A DNA stretch of 64,000 nt from Nannocystis bainbridge (GCF_028368995.1 NZ_JAQNDL010000005.1:128001-192000); one strand, 5' to 3'; shown: positions 49,733 through 63,200, numbered from the stretch's first letter. Numbers and translations are program-made. The notes: a model not told the origin generated them from the letters alone.

Positions 49733-51742
49733 TCAGCTCTTGCCTGCCCCTTCGGACATCCGCATCACGAACGCGAACTCGATCTTGCGGCGCTGCACGC
49801 TGCTGTCGATCACCTCGACGATCAGGCGGTCGCCGACCGTCAGCGTGAAGCCCGAGCGCTGGCCGACCAGCTTGACCCCGGACGGGTCGAGCTGGAACGG
49901 CTCGCCGCGGTCGCGCTCGAGGTTGCCCGTGCGCACCAGCCCGTCGACGAACGGCCGGTCGACCTGCACGAACGCCCCGGGCGAGCCGATGCCCGACACC
50001 GTCGCCTCGAACCGGTCGCCCACGCGGTCGCGCATGTAGAGCGCCGCGAACAGCGACTTGCTGTCGCGCTCGGCGTCCGCGACCGACCGCTCGCGCTGGC
50101 TGCTGCGGACCGACTGCTCGGCCGTCTGCTCGCGCTGCGGCATCGGCGGCACCGGCTCCGGCCCCGGCAGCCCGCCGATCTTCGCCAGGTGGGCCTTGAG
50201 CACGCGGTGCACGATCAGGTCCGGGTAGCGCCGGATCGGCGACGTGAAGTGCGCGTAGGCGTCGCTGGCCAGCGCGAAGTGGCCGACGTTTTCGACGCTG
50301 TACTGCGCCTGCGCCATCGCCCGCAGCATGAACATGTGCAGCGCGGCGCGGCGCGGGTGATTCTGCGTGCGGTTCAGGAACTTCTGCGCTCCGCGCGGCG
50401 TGGTCAGCTTCTCCGGGTCGGCCGTGGCGCCGAGCGCCTCTGCCACCGTCGCCAGCTGCTCGAGCCGCACCGGGTCGGGCGCCGCGTGGATCCGGTACAC
50501 CAGCGGCAGGTTGGCCCCGACCGCCACGCGTGCGACCGCCTCGTTGGCGGCCAGCATCAGCTCCTCGATCAGGTTATACGCCCGCGCCAGCTCGGCGCTG
50601 GCGCGCGTCGGCACGATGTCGCGGATGCGCTCCGGATCGTCCTGGTCGAGCAGCACCTTGATCTCGGGCACGTTGAGCTCGATCGCCCCGAGCCGCAGCC
50701 GGCGCGCGCGCAGCCGGTCGGCCGCCGCTCGCAGCGCCGCGATCCGCGAGCGGACCTCCGGCGGTTGGGTCGGCTGCGAACCTGTCTCTTCGGACAGCAC
50801 GGCCGCGGCCTCCTCGTAGGTCAGGCGCTTGCGGCTGTGGATGACCGCCGCGCGCAGCACCAGCTCGTCGATCTCGCCGTCGCCCGCCAGGCGGAAGCTC
50901 GCCACCATCGCCAGGCGGTCCTGCTCCGGCACCAGCGAGCACATGTGCGACGACAGGGCCCGCGGCAGCATCGGGATCGAGCGGTTGGGCAGGTAACACG
51001 AGAAGCAGCGCCAGGCCGCCTCGCGGTCGATCGCCGTGCCCTCGCGGACGTAGTGCGACACGTCGGCCACGGCCACGTGCACGCGCACGGCCCCGTGCGC
51101 CCCCTCGCCCGCGATCGCCTCGACGCACACCGCGTCGTCGAAGTCGCGCGCGTCGACCGGATCGATCGTCATGAACTCGAGCCCGCGCAGGTCGGCCCGG
51201 TTCGTCAGGTCCTCCGGCTGCACCGTCTCGGGCACCGCCTCGGCCTCGGCCAGCACGTCGGGCGCGAACTCGGGGTCGATGTTGTACTCGAGCAGGATCT
51301 TCGCCTGCTCGGTCGCCAGCGTGTTCGGCGGCCCCAGCAATCGCTCGATCCGGACCGCCCCGCCGTCGCGCGTATCGATCGGGTAGCGCGTGATCGTGGC
51401 GACCACCACGATGTCCTCCGGGACATGTGTGCCGTCCTCGACGTCCGGTCGCAGCAGCACGCGCGGGTCGTCGCACTCGAGCACGCGGACGCGGCCGATC
51501 CGCCGCACCTGGCCCGTCAGTCGCGTGCGACCGCGGCGCACGATCCGCACGATCTCGCCCTCGAAGCCCTTCTCCGACGGCCAGCTGTAGACCTCGACCT
51601 CATCGCCGTCCAGCGCGCCGCTGAGGCGTCCGCGCGGGATGAAAACAGTTCCTTCACCATCGAGGCGTTCGGCGAACCCGAACCCTCCTGGGTTGACCAC
51701 CAGCCTCGCGGCCGCGGCCCCCTTTTTCTCTTCCTTGCTCAC
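49733..51742 (-). CDS. rnr: Ribonuclease R (RNB family)
   Basis: GFGF cold-shock domain, TIDPVDARDFDDA, IEELMLAAN, HFTSPIRRYPDL and a C-terminal S1 domain. Confidence 0.92.
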   Translation of the reverse strand: MSKEEKKGAAAARLVVNPGGFGFAERLDGEGTVFIPRGRLSGALDGDEVEVYSWPSEKGFEGEIVRIVRRGRTRLTGQVRRIGRVRVLECDDPRVLLRPDVEDGTHVPEDIVVVATITRYPIDTRDGGAVRIERLLGPPNTLATEQAKILLEYNIDPEFAPDVLAEAEAVPETVQPEDLTNRADLRGLEFMTIDPVDARDFDDAVCVEAIAGEGAHGAVRVHVAVADVSHYVREGTAIDREAAWRCFSCYLPNRSIPMLPRALSSHMCSLVPEQDRLAMVASFRLAGDGEIDELVLRAAVIHSRKRLTYEEAAAVLSEETGSQPTQPPEVRSRIAALRAAADRLRARRLRLGAIELNVPEIKVLLDQDDPERIRDIVPTRASAELARAYNLIEELMLAANEAVARVAVGANLPLVYRIHAAPDPVRLEQLATVAEALGATADPEKLTTPRGAQKFLNRTQNHPRRAALHMFMLRAMAQAQYSVENVGHFALASDAYAHFTSPIRRYPDLIVHRVLKAHLAKIGGLPGPEPVPPMPQREQTAEQSVRSSQRERSVADAERDSKSLFAALYMRDRVGDRFEATVSGIGSPGAFVQVDRPFVDGLVRTGNLERDRGEPFQLDPSGVKLVGQRSGFTLTVGDRLIVEVIDSSVQRRKIEFAFVMRMSEGAGKS

Positions 51743-51838
51743 GCGCGTGAAGATGCCGGCGCAATTCCCCCCGCGCAACCCGCGACGACGCGCGGCAAAC
51801 GCACGCGCGCACGATCACGCCGGAACATCGCTTCGGGG

Positions 51839-53173
51839 CTAGCGGAAGGCTCGCAGGTGCCCGTCGTCGCAGCCGACCACGAGCGTCCCGTCGTCCGCGA
51901 TCGCCACGGACGAGTCGATGTCGGCGCCGAGCTCGATCGTCCACAGCACCTTGCCGCGCGGCGAGACCGCGTAGAGCCGCTCGTCCTGGCTGCCGAAGAA
52001 CAGGTTGCCGTTGGCGTCGACGACCGGCGTCGCGTGGATCTTGCCGCCGGTCGGCAGCACCCACTTCACGTCGCCGCCCGCGGACAGCGCGTAGAGATTG
52101 CCGTCGAACGACGTCGCGTAGACCGCCCCGCCCGCGCCGAGCGCGATCGCCGAGCGGATGTCCTTCTGCGCCACGAAGCTCCAGCGCAGGCTGCCATCGG
52201 TGCGCAGCGCGTGGACCCGGCCGTCGTCGGCGCCGACGTAAATCGCCCCGCCGTCGCCGAGCGCCGGGCCGCCGTCGACATCGGCGCGGATCGAGTATGT
52301 CCACTGCATCGCGCCGTCGGCGCTGAGGGCCGTGAACAGCCCGTCCTGGCCGCCGACGTAGATCGTACCGTCGCCCGCCACGATCGGGGCCGCGAACACG
52401 TGCTTGGCCTGGATCGACGCGTCGGCCGGGTAGTGCCAGCGGATCTGTCCCTCGGGACTGATGCGATAGACCCCGTCGGCGCCGAGCACCAGGTCGCCGT
52501 CGGGCGCGATCGTCGGCCCGCCGTCGGCGTCGCAGCGCGCGCCTTCGGGGCCTGGCACCCGCGCGCCGTCGCAGTTGCCGAGCTTCAGCGTCCACGCGAT
52601 CGCCTGCTTCTCGAGGTCGATCGCGTAGAGCGTGTCGTCATCGGCGCCGACGTACGCCCGATTGCCAGCGACCGCGGCCGTGGCCCACACCATCCCGCCG
52701 AGCATCACGTCGAGCACGATCTCGCCGGCGCGCGAACCGCCGAGCGCCACGCCGACGAAGCGTCCGGCGTGCGTCCCGACCAGCGCAGCGGGCTCTCCGC
52801 CGACCTTGGCGAGCGCCGGCGAGGCGAACACCACCGCCCCGAGATCGCGGTCCCACAGCTCTTTGGGCTCGCTGGTCGGCCCTTTCGCCTTCGTCGGGCC
52901 CGCGTGGCCCGGCCCGCCGCGGGCCCAGGCGCCGCTCGCCAGCGCCGGCGCGCGCGACGTTGCAGATACAGCCGCCTCGACCGGTCTGGGGGCCACGCAG
53001 ACCCCTGCCTCGCAGATCCGGTCGCCTTTGCAGTCGGTGTCTTTGGCGCAACCCGGGTCCTGGGTCGTCGGCGCCTCGGTCGGCTCGGTCCACTGACAGC
53101 CGGCGGCGCCCAGCACTCCCGCAAGCGCCAGCGCAAGCCCCGGAACATCGTTACTTCGTCTTCTGCGCGACAC
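51839..53173 (-). CDS. PQQ-like (BamB-type) beta-propeller lipoprotein (start uncertain)
   Basis: AAGC lipobox, a Cys-rich CAKDTDCKGDRIC module and repeated DG.IYVG..DG...A....G...W blades. Confidence 0.85.
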   Translation of the reverse strand: MSRRRRSNDVPGLALALAGVLGAAGCQWTEPTEAPTTQDPGCAKDTDCKGDRICEAGVCVAPRPVEAAVSATSRAPALASGAWARGGPGHAGPTKAKGPTSEPKELWDRDLGAVVFASPALAKVGGEPAALVGTHAGRFVGVALGGSRAGEIVLDVMLGGMVWATAAVAGNRAYVGADDDTLYAIDLEKQAIAWTLKLGNCDGARVPGPEGARCDADGGPTIAPDGDLVLGADGVYRISPEGQIRWHYPADASIQAKHVFAAPIVAGDGTIYVGGQDGLFTALSADGAMQWTYSIRADVDGGPALGDGGAIYVGADDGRVHALRTDGSLRWSFVAQKDIRSAIALGAGGAVYATSFDGNLYALSAGGDVKWVLPTGGKIHATPVVDANGNLFFGSQDERLYAVSPRGKVLWTIELGADIDSSVAIADDGTLVVGCDDGHLRAFR

Positions 53174-53520
53174 TCCAGGAGTCCTTTGGCCGGCGCGACC
53201 AAGTGAGCGAAAACTCTTGCCTTTGCGGCAATCTACCTTCGGCTCGGCTTTGACATCAACATTTTGGGGTGGTACCTGTATCCCGATATTCGCGGGAAAA
53301 AACGCCCCCCAGCGCGAGTTCCCGCGCAGGCCCGGGCGTCGCCCGGCGCCCCCGGGCACCCCGCTCTCTTCGCGGGCGCGCCCTCGGCGCACCACCCCCT
53401 CCCCGCCCCGTGGTCCCATCGATTCACCCTCTGAGCAGCACCCGGACGACGTTCTGTCGCATCCTGGGTCTGGCTCGGATTTCTGGCCCTCCGGGCCGCC
53501 TTTGCGCCTGAGGAGCAAGC

Positions 53521-54429
53521 ATGTCCAGCCAGCCAGCCGCCCAGATCTCTTCCGGGACCGACGAGCCGGTCGAAGAGATCTACTACCGCAAGGGCGACAT
53601 CGACTTTTGTTTCCTGCTGAACCGCCGGCACCACAACCTCCGCGTGTTCGACTACCGCGTCGGCAACTACCAGCAGAAGCGCGACTTCTTCGACCGGATC
53701 GCGCGCGCCGAGGGTCTGCGCAAGGTCTTCACGGTGGTGGAGAAGCAAGACTCGAAGAGCTGGCGCAGCGTCGGCTTCTCGCGCGAGGGTGCGATCCCCG
53801 GTTATTTCCGCACCGCCGACGCCTACATCATGAGTCGCGTCTACACCGAGGACGGTGAGCCGATTCAGGGCGGAGCGCCGAAGATGGGCGCGCCGCTGGC
53901 ATTGCCGGGCAAAGAGGGCAAGGACAAGGACCTCAAGGGCGTGCCCAAGCCGCGCGGCCTGACGGTCGACTTCATCCGCGACCCCGTGCTGCTGCAAGAC
54001 ATCGTCCGCGGCGTCGGCCAGGACGCGCTGTACGCCCCGTTCCGCCGCGGCGTGTTCAACCCCGACCTGGCGATCCACGCCAAGACCGGCAAAAAAGAGT
54101 ACTGGGTCGGCGCCGAGACCGACAGCTCGTTCGGCCACGCCAAGGTCGACATGCTGACGCCGCCGGTGAAGGACATCGAGCTGCCGGTGCTCGAGTACTG
54201 CGTGAAGGCGCTGCTCGACGAGCTCCACAAGCAGGAGACCGCCAGCGTGTTCGCGCTGTGCGCCGCCGACTGGACCCTCAGCAATCAGGTCTACAGCGAG
54301 CTCGGCTTCAAGGTCACCGCGCGGCTCACCGATCACATCACGCGCGCCGACGAATTCGTGGGCGCGCAGCTGTGGCACCGCCGCCTGGCCAACGTCGCCG
54401 CGCCCAAGCTGAGCAGCCTGCTCGGCTGA
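53521..54429 (+). CDS. Tandem GNAT-fold protein resembling beta-lysine N-acetyltransferase (YodP/AblB-like)
   Basis: LRVFDY...KVF...GF.REG.IPGYF...DAYIMSR N-domain; second domain with NQVYSELGF; GAGGAG SD. Confidence 0.6.
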   Translation: MSSQPAAQISSGTDEPVEEIYYRKGDIDFCFLLNRRHHNLRVFDYRVGNYQQKRDFFDRIARAEGLRKVFTVVEKQDSKSWRSVGFSREGAIPGYFRTADAYIMSRVYTEDGEPIQGGAPKMGAPLALPGKEGKDKDLKGVPKPRGLTVDFIRDPVLLQDIVRGVGQDALYAPFRRGVFNPDLAIHAKTGKKEYWVGAETDSSFGHAKVDMLTPPVKDIELPVLEYCVKALLDELHKQETASVFALCAADWTLSNQVYSELGFKVTARLTDHITRADEFVGAQLWHRRLANVAAPKLSSLLG

Positions 54430-54689
54430 TCGCCGCTCGTCCGTCTCGCGCGTGCGCAGCTGCTGCGCACGCGCGGTTCGCATTGGTTCGGCGCCCACGG
54501 GGCTGCCGCTGCGCGCGGCCCGAACACCCGCACAAGCCCGCCGCGAACCTCGCCGGCGCCACTTGACGCATCAGGCGGTGGGTTTACCTTCCCGCCCGAG
54601 CCGTCCCGGAGGCGCCTGCGCGGTCCAAAGCCCGCAGCCGCGCCGGGGTCCACGACAACCCTCCGAATCGTCTTGCCGAAGGTGCCAAC

Positions 54690-56582
<1,893 letters not shown>

Positions 56583-56600
56583 CGCGCGGCCTCCCGGCCT

Positions 56601-56634
56601 GAAGAGCTCCGCGACGACCGTCGCGGGGCTCTTC
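56601..56634. terminator. Hairpin terminator between convergent genes
   Basis: GAAGAGCTCCGCGACG-AC-CGTCGCGGGGCTCTTC. Confidence 0.7.
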
Positions 56635-56672
56635 GCGCTTTCGGACATGTCGCAAGGGACATGTCCGTAAGA

Positions 56673-58517
56673 TCAGTTCGCCTGGCGTCGCCGTCGCAGC
56701 AGCAGCCCGAGCAGCCCGAGCAGGCTGGCAGAGCCTGCCCCTCCGGTCATGTCACTGTGGCAGCCGCAGCCCTCGCCCCCCGTCTGCCCGCCAGTCTCGC
56801 CCGCGCTGTCGCCGGTCTCGCCGCTGCTGCCGGCGCCGCCCGTCAGCGGGCCCGTGACCTCGCCGCCGCCGGTCGTCGGCGCCGTCGTCGTCACCCCGCC
56901 GCTGTCACTCGCGCTGGCGCCCGTGCCGGACGGCTCGGAGGTGCCCGTGCCGCCGTCGGTCGTCGGCTCGACCCCGTAGGCCGTCATCGTCGCGTTCGAG
57001 TCCACCACCAGCGCATTGACCCCGGCGCGGTACTGCAGACGCGCGCTGTTCTCGTACACGCCGGGCGCGCCGAGCTCCACGATCACGCTGACCGTCTTGC
57101 CCTCGCCCTCGCCGAGGTTGCCGAGCTGCCACGTCACCACCCCGTCGACGTGGCTGCCGTCGTCGGTCGCCGACACGAACGTCACTCCGGCCGGCAAGGT
57201 GTCGGTCAGCACCGCGTCGAGCGCGGGCATCACTCCCATGTTGACGAACGTGATGTCGAACGTGACCTCGGGGACATCCGAGGTCGCAGGCGCCGACTTG
57301 GTGACCGAGATCTGCGGCGACCCCTCCGCCGTCGCGCATGGCGCCTCGAACAGCGAGTTGAGGAACAGCCGCGTCCCCTGCGTGGTCGGGTTCTGCGAGA
57401 TCGGCAGGTCCACGTCGTACTCGTGCCCGCCGAGGTAGCTGACCTTGCCCGCCGTCAGGCACGCCGCCGACAGCCCCGGCCCGACCTCCAACCCGGGACA
57501 GATGCCGTCGACGAAGCCGGTCATCCATACGTCGTTGATCCCGATCGACGTCCCCGCCTCGGTGATCATGACGATGTCGCTGCCCTTGTAGCTGTCGCCC
57601 TCGGGCAGGCTGTACGCCGGCTCGCTGCCGCCGACCGACTGGAACGGCCCGTCGAGCTGACCGAACGGCGTGTCGGTCTCGTAGTACTCGTACATGTCCG
57701 GTTGCTGGCCGATGAGGAACCCGTTCGGCGTCAAGAAGTGCCCGTGCGCGGCCAGGTTCTCGAACGCGTTGACCGCCTGACACTCGGCGAACAGGTGCGT
57801 CGGATGGGTCAAGAACTCGCGCATCTCCGCCACGACCTGCTGGTTCTGCTGGGCGTCCTTCACCCCCCAGTGCATCGACATGAACTGGCAGTAGACCGGA
57901 TCGCCTTCAGCGTCGAACAACGCCCCGTCGCGCAGGTTGTCCTCGGTCGGCCCCGAGAGCTCGTCCGGATCCAGCATGTCGGGGCTGGTGTCAGGCCAGC
58001 CGTAGTCGCCGACAGAGTCGGGGATCCCCGCCGCCATCATGTACTTGCGCGCGATCTTCTGGTTGCCGTCGGCCATCATCGCGATCGTCGGCGCCACCAC
58101 CAGCGTCGCCGCGACGTCGCTGGCGAACCCCTCGCTCGCCTCGTGGACCGCCACGTCGGGGTTGTCCTGCTGCCACGCCTCGACGATCGGCAGCGCGTCC
58201 GCGGCGTCGGCCGCGTCGATCACCCACGGCCCGCCGCGGTAGCCGTGGCCGTCGATCGTCGCCCCGCTGGCCACGTCCGTCGCCGAGGTGGTGAAGTCGG
58301 CCTCGGCGTGGCCCTTCCCGGCCTTGATCGCCCAGTGGACCGGCACGCCCTGGCGCAGCAGCTCGTACACGAGCCCATAGGCGCGCAGCATGCCGAGGTC
58401 CTGGTAATCGGTGTCCATCGGGATCACCAGCGAGCCGGCGGCGAAGTCGGCCGCGCTGGCCGGCGCCGGCGCGAGCGCGAGCGCCACGGCGACAGCAGAA
58501 ACTCCTGTACGCATCAT
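56673..58517 (-). CDS. DUF11-domain MYXO-CTERM surface protein
   Basis: Signal peptide; DUF11 (VTKS...LTDTLPAGVTFVSA...VTWQLGNL); GCGC...LLRRRR tail. Confidence 0.82.
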   Translation of the reverse strand: MMRTGVSAVAVALALAPAPASAADFAAGSLVIPMDTDYQDLGMLRAYGLVYELLRQGVPVHWAIKAGKGHAEADFTTSATDVASGATIDGHGYRGGPWVIDAADAADALPIVEAWQQDNPDVAVHEASEGFASDVAATLVVAPTIAMMADGNQKIARKYMMAAGIPDSVGDYGWPDTSPDMLDPDELSGPTEDNLRDGALFDAEGDPVYCQFMSMHWGVKDAQQNQQVVAEMREFLTHPTHLFAECQAVNAFENLAAHGHFLTPNGFLIGQQPDMYEYYETDTPFGQLDGPFQSVGGSEPAYSLPEGDSYKGSDIVMITEAGTSIGINDVWMTGFVDGICPGLEVGPGLSAACLTAGKVSYLGGHEYDVDLPISQNPTTQGTRLFLNSLFEAPCATAEGSPQISVTKSAPATSDVPEVTFDITFVNMGVMPALDAVLTDTLPAGVTFVSATDDGSHVDGVVTWQLGNLGEGEGKTVSVIVELGAPGVYENSARLQYRAGVNALVVDSNATMTAYGVEPTTDGGTGTSEPSGTGASASDSGGVTTTAPTTGGGEVTGPLTGGAGSSGETGDSAGETGGQTGGEGCGCHSDMTGGAGSASLLGLLGLLLRRRRQAN

Positions 58518-58675
58518 GAGGGTTTGTCTCCGCCCGTTGGACAGAATCCCCGGAGGTCGCTCCAACCCAACTTCACGACCTGTCCCTCAGGACATCTTTG
58601 GCGCTCGGTGCTCCACTGTCCCACAGCGGCGCCGCGGCTGTCTCTTTGGACAGATACACTGCCCGGTCAGCGAGC

Positions 58676-59491
58676 TCAGCCGAACACGTCGGCGAACCCG
58701 ACGCCCGGCCCCACATCGCCGGCGGTCGCCACCCAGCGCAGCCCGCTCAGCATCAACTCTTCCTGCACCACCCCTTGCCCGCCGAGGATCGGGTTGGGCG
58801 AGAACAGCAGCACGCGGCCCTTGCCGAACTGCGACGCCGTGATCGCCGGCGTACCCAGCATCTCGCCCGGGCCTGTCCCCTTGGACGCGTTGTAAATCTC
58901 GCCCTCGAACTTCGCCAGCGACACGTACGGCGCGAGCCCCTCGACCTCGACCGGCGTGAAGATCGGCCCGTTGGCGAAGAACAGCTTGAACGGCGCGCGC
59001 CCGGGCGCCGACACGTCGAGGCCCGCGATCCCGCGCTGCCAGAAATCACCGGTCAGGTTGCGGCCGGCGACGATCCGCAGCTTGTGAAATTGATCCTCGC
59101 CCTGCAGCGCCATGTACGCCCCGGCGCACACGCCCACGTAGCCGCCGCCGCCGGCCACGAAGTCCTTCACCCGCTGCTTGCCGTCGTCGCCGAGGTTGCG
59201 CCCCTGGGCCGTGCCGCTGCCGCCCATGAAGACGACGACGTCCTCGTCGCCGAGCGACCCGCCGCGGATGTCCTGCGGGACAGTCACGCGCAGCCGAAAG
59301 CCCTCGTGTTTCTCGAGCAGCTGCTTGGCCGCCGCGAAGGCCACCGGATGGACCCCGCCGGCCTTGTAGAGCGCCACCCGCACCGGCTTCTTCCCGGCCC
59401 GCGCCCGCGCGGGCAACATCGCCCCGATCGCCGCGCCGATGGTCGCTCCGAGGATTTCGCGTCGCCGCAGCACACCCCGAGCCTGCCACAT
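58676..59491 (-). CDS. BPL_N-like class I glutamine amidotransferase-fold protein with Tat signal
   Basis: LRRREILG twin-Arg motif; MGG...G..G...VKDFV..GGGYVGVCAGAY. Confidence 0.8.
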   Translation of the reverse strand: MWQARGVLRRREILGATIGAAIGAMLPARARAGKKPVRVALYKAGGVHPVAFAAAKQLLEKHEGFRLRVTVPQDIRGGSLGDEDVVVFMGGSGTAQGRNLGDDGKQRVKDFVAGGGGYVGVCAGAYMALQGEDQFHKLRIVAGRNLTGDFWQRGIAGLDVSAPGRAPFKLFFANGPIFTPVEVEGLAPYVSLAKFEGEIYNASKGTGPGEMLGTPAITASQFGKGRVLLFSPNPILGGQGVVQEELMLSGLRWVATAGDVGPGVGFADVFG

Positions 59492-59547
59492 CTCCCCGCG
59501 TCGCGCCGCTTCCCGGCCTGCAGACACCCACGAGGTCGGGGGCGCGC

Positions 59548-59934
59548 CTAGTTGCAGATCTTCGTATCGACCAGCGCGGCCGACTCCTGCCAAACGGTGA
59601 CCGCCACGCCGAGGTTCGTCGCCGCGAGGTCGCGCGCGGCCAGCCCGGACTCGTCGGTCGGAGCGACCTGCGCCTTCTTGAGCGCCGCCTGCAACGCCTC
59701 GGTCTGCCGCTTCAGCACCGCGAGCTCGGGGCTCTTGCCGCCCGCCAGCGCCGCGTTCAGCTTCTCGGCCGCCTCGGCCGCCCCCGTCAGCTCCGGATTG
59801 GCGAGCGCCGCTCGCAGCTCGCCGATCAGCGGCTTGGCCTCCTTGCACTCGCCCGGGCCGCAGCCGCCGAGCAGCGTGCCGACGACGACGACGCCCGCCA
59901 GGGAATGAACGGCCCGATTTCTCCACCCTCGCAT
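59548..59934 (-). CDS. Small helical lipoprotein
   Basis: LGGC lipobox; amphipathic helices between two Cys residues. Confidence 0.6.
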   Translation of the reverse strand: MRGWRNRAVHSLAGVVVVGTLLGGCGPGECKEAKPLIGELRAALANPELTGAAEAAEKLNAALAGGKSPELAVLKRQTEALQAALKKAQVAPTDESGLAARDLAATNLGVAVTVWQESAALVDTKICN

Positions 59935-60247
59935 GATCGATCGCAACATTCGAACTCCTGCTCCGCAGACCAGGTAGCCACGTTCGCATGCGCCGGACAA
60001 TCACCGTGGCTGGCGAGCCGGAACCGCGAGCAATGGGCCACGCAGGCGACCTGGACGGCGATTCACGGCTCCATCGAAGGCGCCTCCGCGCCCTCGCATT
60101 CCTGCAAATGTGCCTCGCACCCATGCGAGACCTTCGCCGGTCGTCGCCGGGACAGGGACGCCGCGTACCCCACGAGCGCGACGCACACGCAGAGCGACCC
60201 GTCGATCACGCCCGACGAGCGCGGCCGTCACCGCGGCGTGCCCCGCC

Positions 60248-63200
60248 TCAGCGCAGGAACTTGCCTTTGAGGATCTCGTCGATCTCTTGCAGCATCCCGA
60301 GCATCTGATCGACGCGGTCCTGCAGCCCGCGCACGTCTTGCAGATTGCCCGTGGCCGCGCGCACCAGCGGAATCAGCGTGCGCTCGACGATGGCGACCTG
60401 CTGGGCCAGCAGTTCCTGCACGCCCGCCGGCGGCTCGTTGTGCACATCGACCTTCAGCGTGGCCTGATTGAGGCCCTCGAGCGCGCTGGCGATCCGCCCC
60501 ACGATCGGCCGCGCCCAGTCGAGCCCGCCGGTCGTCGGCGGCGCCACGCTCGGCATCGGCAGCGTCGCCAGCTTCTTGTCCGGCTCCGGCGCCCTCGCCT
60601 GCGCCTGCGCCTGCGCCATCAGCTCGACCAGGCGCGCCTGCTGGGCCATCTGCGCCTGCTGCAGCTCCTTGCCGTTGGCCGCCTCGCGCTCGGACGCCAG
60701 CAGCAGCGAGTCCTTGACCTGTTCGACGCGCTCGGCGAGCACCGACAGCTGCCCGGCCACGCGCACGCCCGGGTCGTCGGCCGCGCCGCCGAGGCTGCGC
60801 ACCCGCTGGAACTCGCGCTTGATCATCGCCCAGCGCTCGGCCCGCTCGCCCTGCAGCCGACCGCGCATCTCGGCCAGCTTGAGCAAGTTCTGCTCGGCCG
60901 CCACCGTGAGCGTCTGCGCCTCGCCGGCGTAGTGGTCGTCGACCAGGCGATCGACCTCTTCGCCGGTCATCGCCGCCGCGACCTTCTCGGCCAGCTTGTT
61001 CATGTTGCGGTAGCTGCCCTGCAGCTTGAACGCCGGCTCGGTGCGGAACTTGTCGTCCATCGCCGCCGACGCGATGTACTCCTGGTTCACGCGCAGCAGC
61101 ACCTCTTGCACGCGGAACAGGTGCTTGACCACGCCGACGACCTCTTGCACCTCGGCGCCGGAGTAGCCGTACGAGAAGTCGGTCGTCGCGACCTCCTCGC
61201 CGCGCGCCATCTTGACGAACCGGTAGACATCGGCCTGCTCGCGGGTCGCCAGCGGCGCCAGCGTGCGGTTCGAGGTCAGCGTGTTCTCGATGTAGCTGAG
61301 CGAGAACGCCTCGCGGTTGCCGCCGAGGATGTCGCCGAGGTTGTAGGTGTCGGCGCGGTTGGCCAGCATGTCGGGGATCTTGAACGCCGCGCCCGACTCC
61401 GTGTACGGGTTGCCCGCCATCACCACGCAGAACTTCTTGCCGCGCAGGTCGTACGTGCGCGAGCGGCCGCGCCACACGCCCTCGATGCGGCGCTGGGCGT
61501 CGCACAGCGAGATGAACTTCTGCAGGAACTCGGGGTTGGTGTGCTGGATGTCGTCGAGGTAGAGCATCACGTTGTTGCCCATCTCGAGCGCCAGGTTGAC
61601 CTTCTCGACCTCCTGCGCCGACGTCGCGTTGGGCGCCTCGGCCGGGTCGATCGACACCACGTCGTGGCCGAGCGCCGGCCCGTTGATCTTCATGAAGACC
61701 AGGCCGAGGCGGTTGGCGACGTACTCCATCAGCGTCGTCTTGCCGTAGCCGGGCGGCGAGATCAGCAGCAGCATGCCCATGCGATCGGTGCGCTTCTGAT
61801 CGCCGGCCGCGCCGAGCTGCTTGGCCATGTTGGCGCCGACCAGCGGCAGGTACACCTCGCTGACCAACTTGTTGCGCACGAACGAGGTCAGCACCTTCGG
61901 CATGAACTCGTCGAGCCGCAGCCGCTTGCGCTCGCGGTCGATGAGCTGCTGACGCAGGCGACGGAACTCGCGGAAGCCCGGCACGCGCACGCGCGCGAAC
62001 TCGCCGAGGCGGCCGAGGAACTCGTCGAGCCGCAGCTCGAGCGTGCGCTCGCGGATCCGCGGGTGCTGGCCCAGGAGGCCGGTGACCTGCGTGCTCTCGA
62101 TCGCGCTCTGGACCTCGCGGTCGAGCTTGCGGTCGGTCAGCGCCAGCGCGGCCGCCTCGACCAGCGCCGACGCCCCCTTGGCCTGCTCCGGCAGCGCCGC
62201 CGCGAACGCCTCGAGCCACGCCTTGACCAGCTCGAAGCGCTCGCGCAGCCTGCCCTCGAGCGCGCGCAGGTCGTCGTCGAGCGCGCGCCGCTTGCCGCTG
62301 GCCTCGAGCGCGTTCAGCAGCTCCTGCCACAGCGTCTGCGCGGCCGCGCTGGTGACGAAGCGCGGCCGCTCGTCGACCAACTCCTCGACCAGATAGTTGC
62401 CCGCGGCGTGGATCTCACCTGACCCGAAGGACAGCCCGGTCTGCTGCGCCCATTCGCCGATCGCCCTGGCCAGCTCGCCGCCGAGCGCCTCGGCCGCGGC
62501 CCCGTGGCCGAACAGCGCGCGCAGCCGGCCGGCGCTCTGGGCCCGCCGATGCCACACCGCCTTGAGCTCGTTGCGGTCGAACCACGCCCAGAACAGGCAG
62601 GCCAGCGCCCGCGGCCCCGGCGACACGCGCAGCAGCCCCGCGGTCGCGTACATCGTCAGCAGCTTGTCGAGGATCAGCGCCGCGTCGCTGTCGTGCAGGC
62701 CGCGCTCATAGCCCTCGTCGTAGCGCTCGGCCGCGAACTTGCGGACCACGTCGACCAGCCCGCCCGCCTCGCGCCCGGCCGCGTGCAGCTTGTCGACCGT
62801 CAGGCCGTGCTCGCCGCGCTCGGCCGCGAACAGCACCGACGCCGCCAGGTACTCGCCGCGGTAGACCTGCTCGATCTCCGAGACCAGCTGCTGGTTCCAG
62901 AACTCCTTCGTCTTGGCGAACTCCGGGTCCTCGACCGTCTCGTAGAAGTCGGTGCCGCCGAGGTGGATCGCCATCGTCCCGTCGCGCGCCACCAGCGTCA
63001 GGTCGAGCACCTGCGTGTTGACGCTGAAGCGGAACGTGCCGAACTTGACGACCTGCGCGCCCTCCTCGAACAGCTCGAGGCGGTCTCGCAGGGCCCGCAG
63101 CGCGTCCTGGCGGGCCGCCGTGATCTTGGTCGAGATCTCGTCGGCCTTGACCGACGCGCCGAACCCCATCAATCGCTCGACCAGCTCCTTGGCCTTGAGC

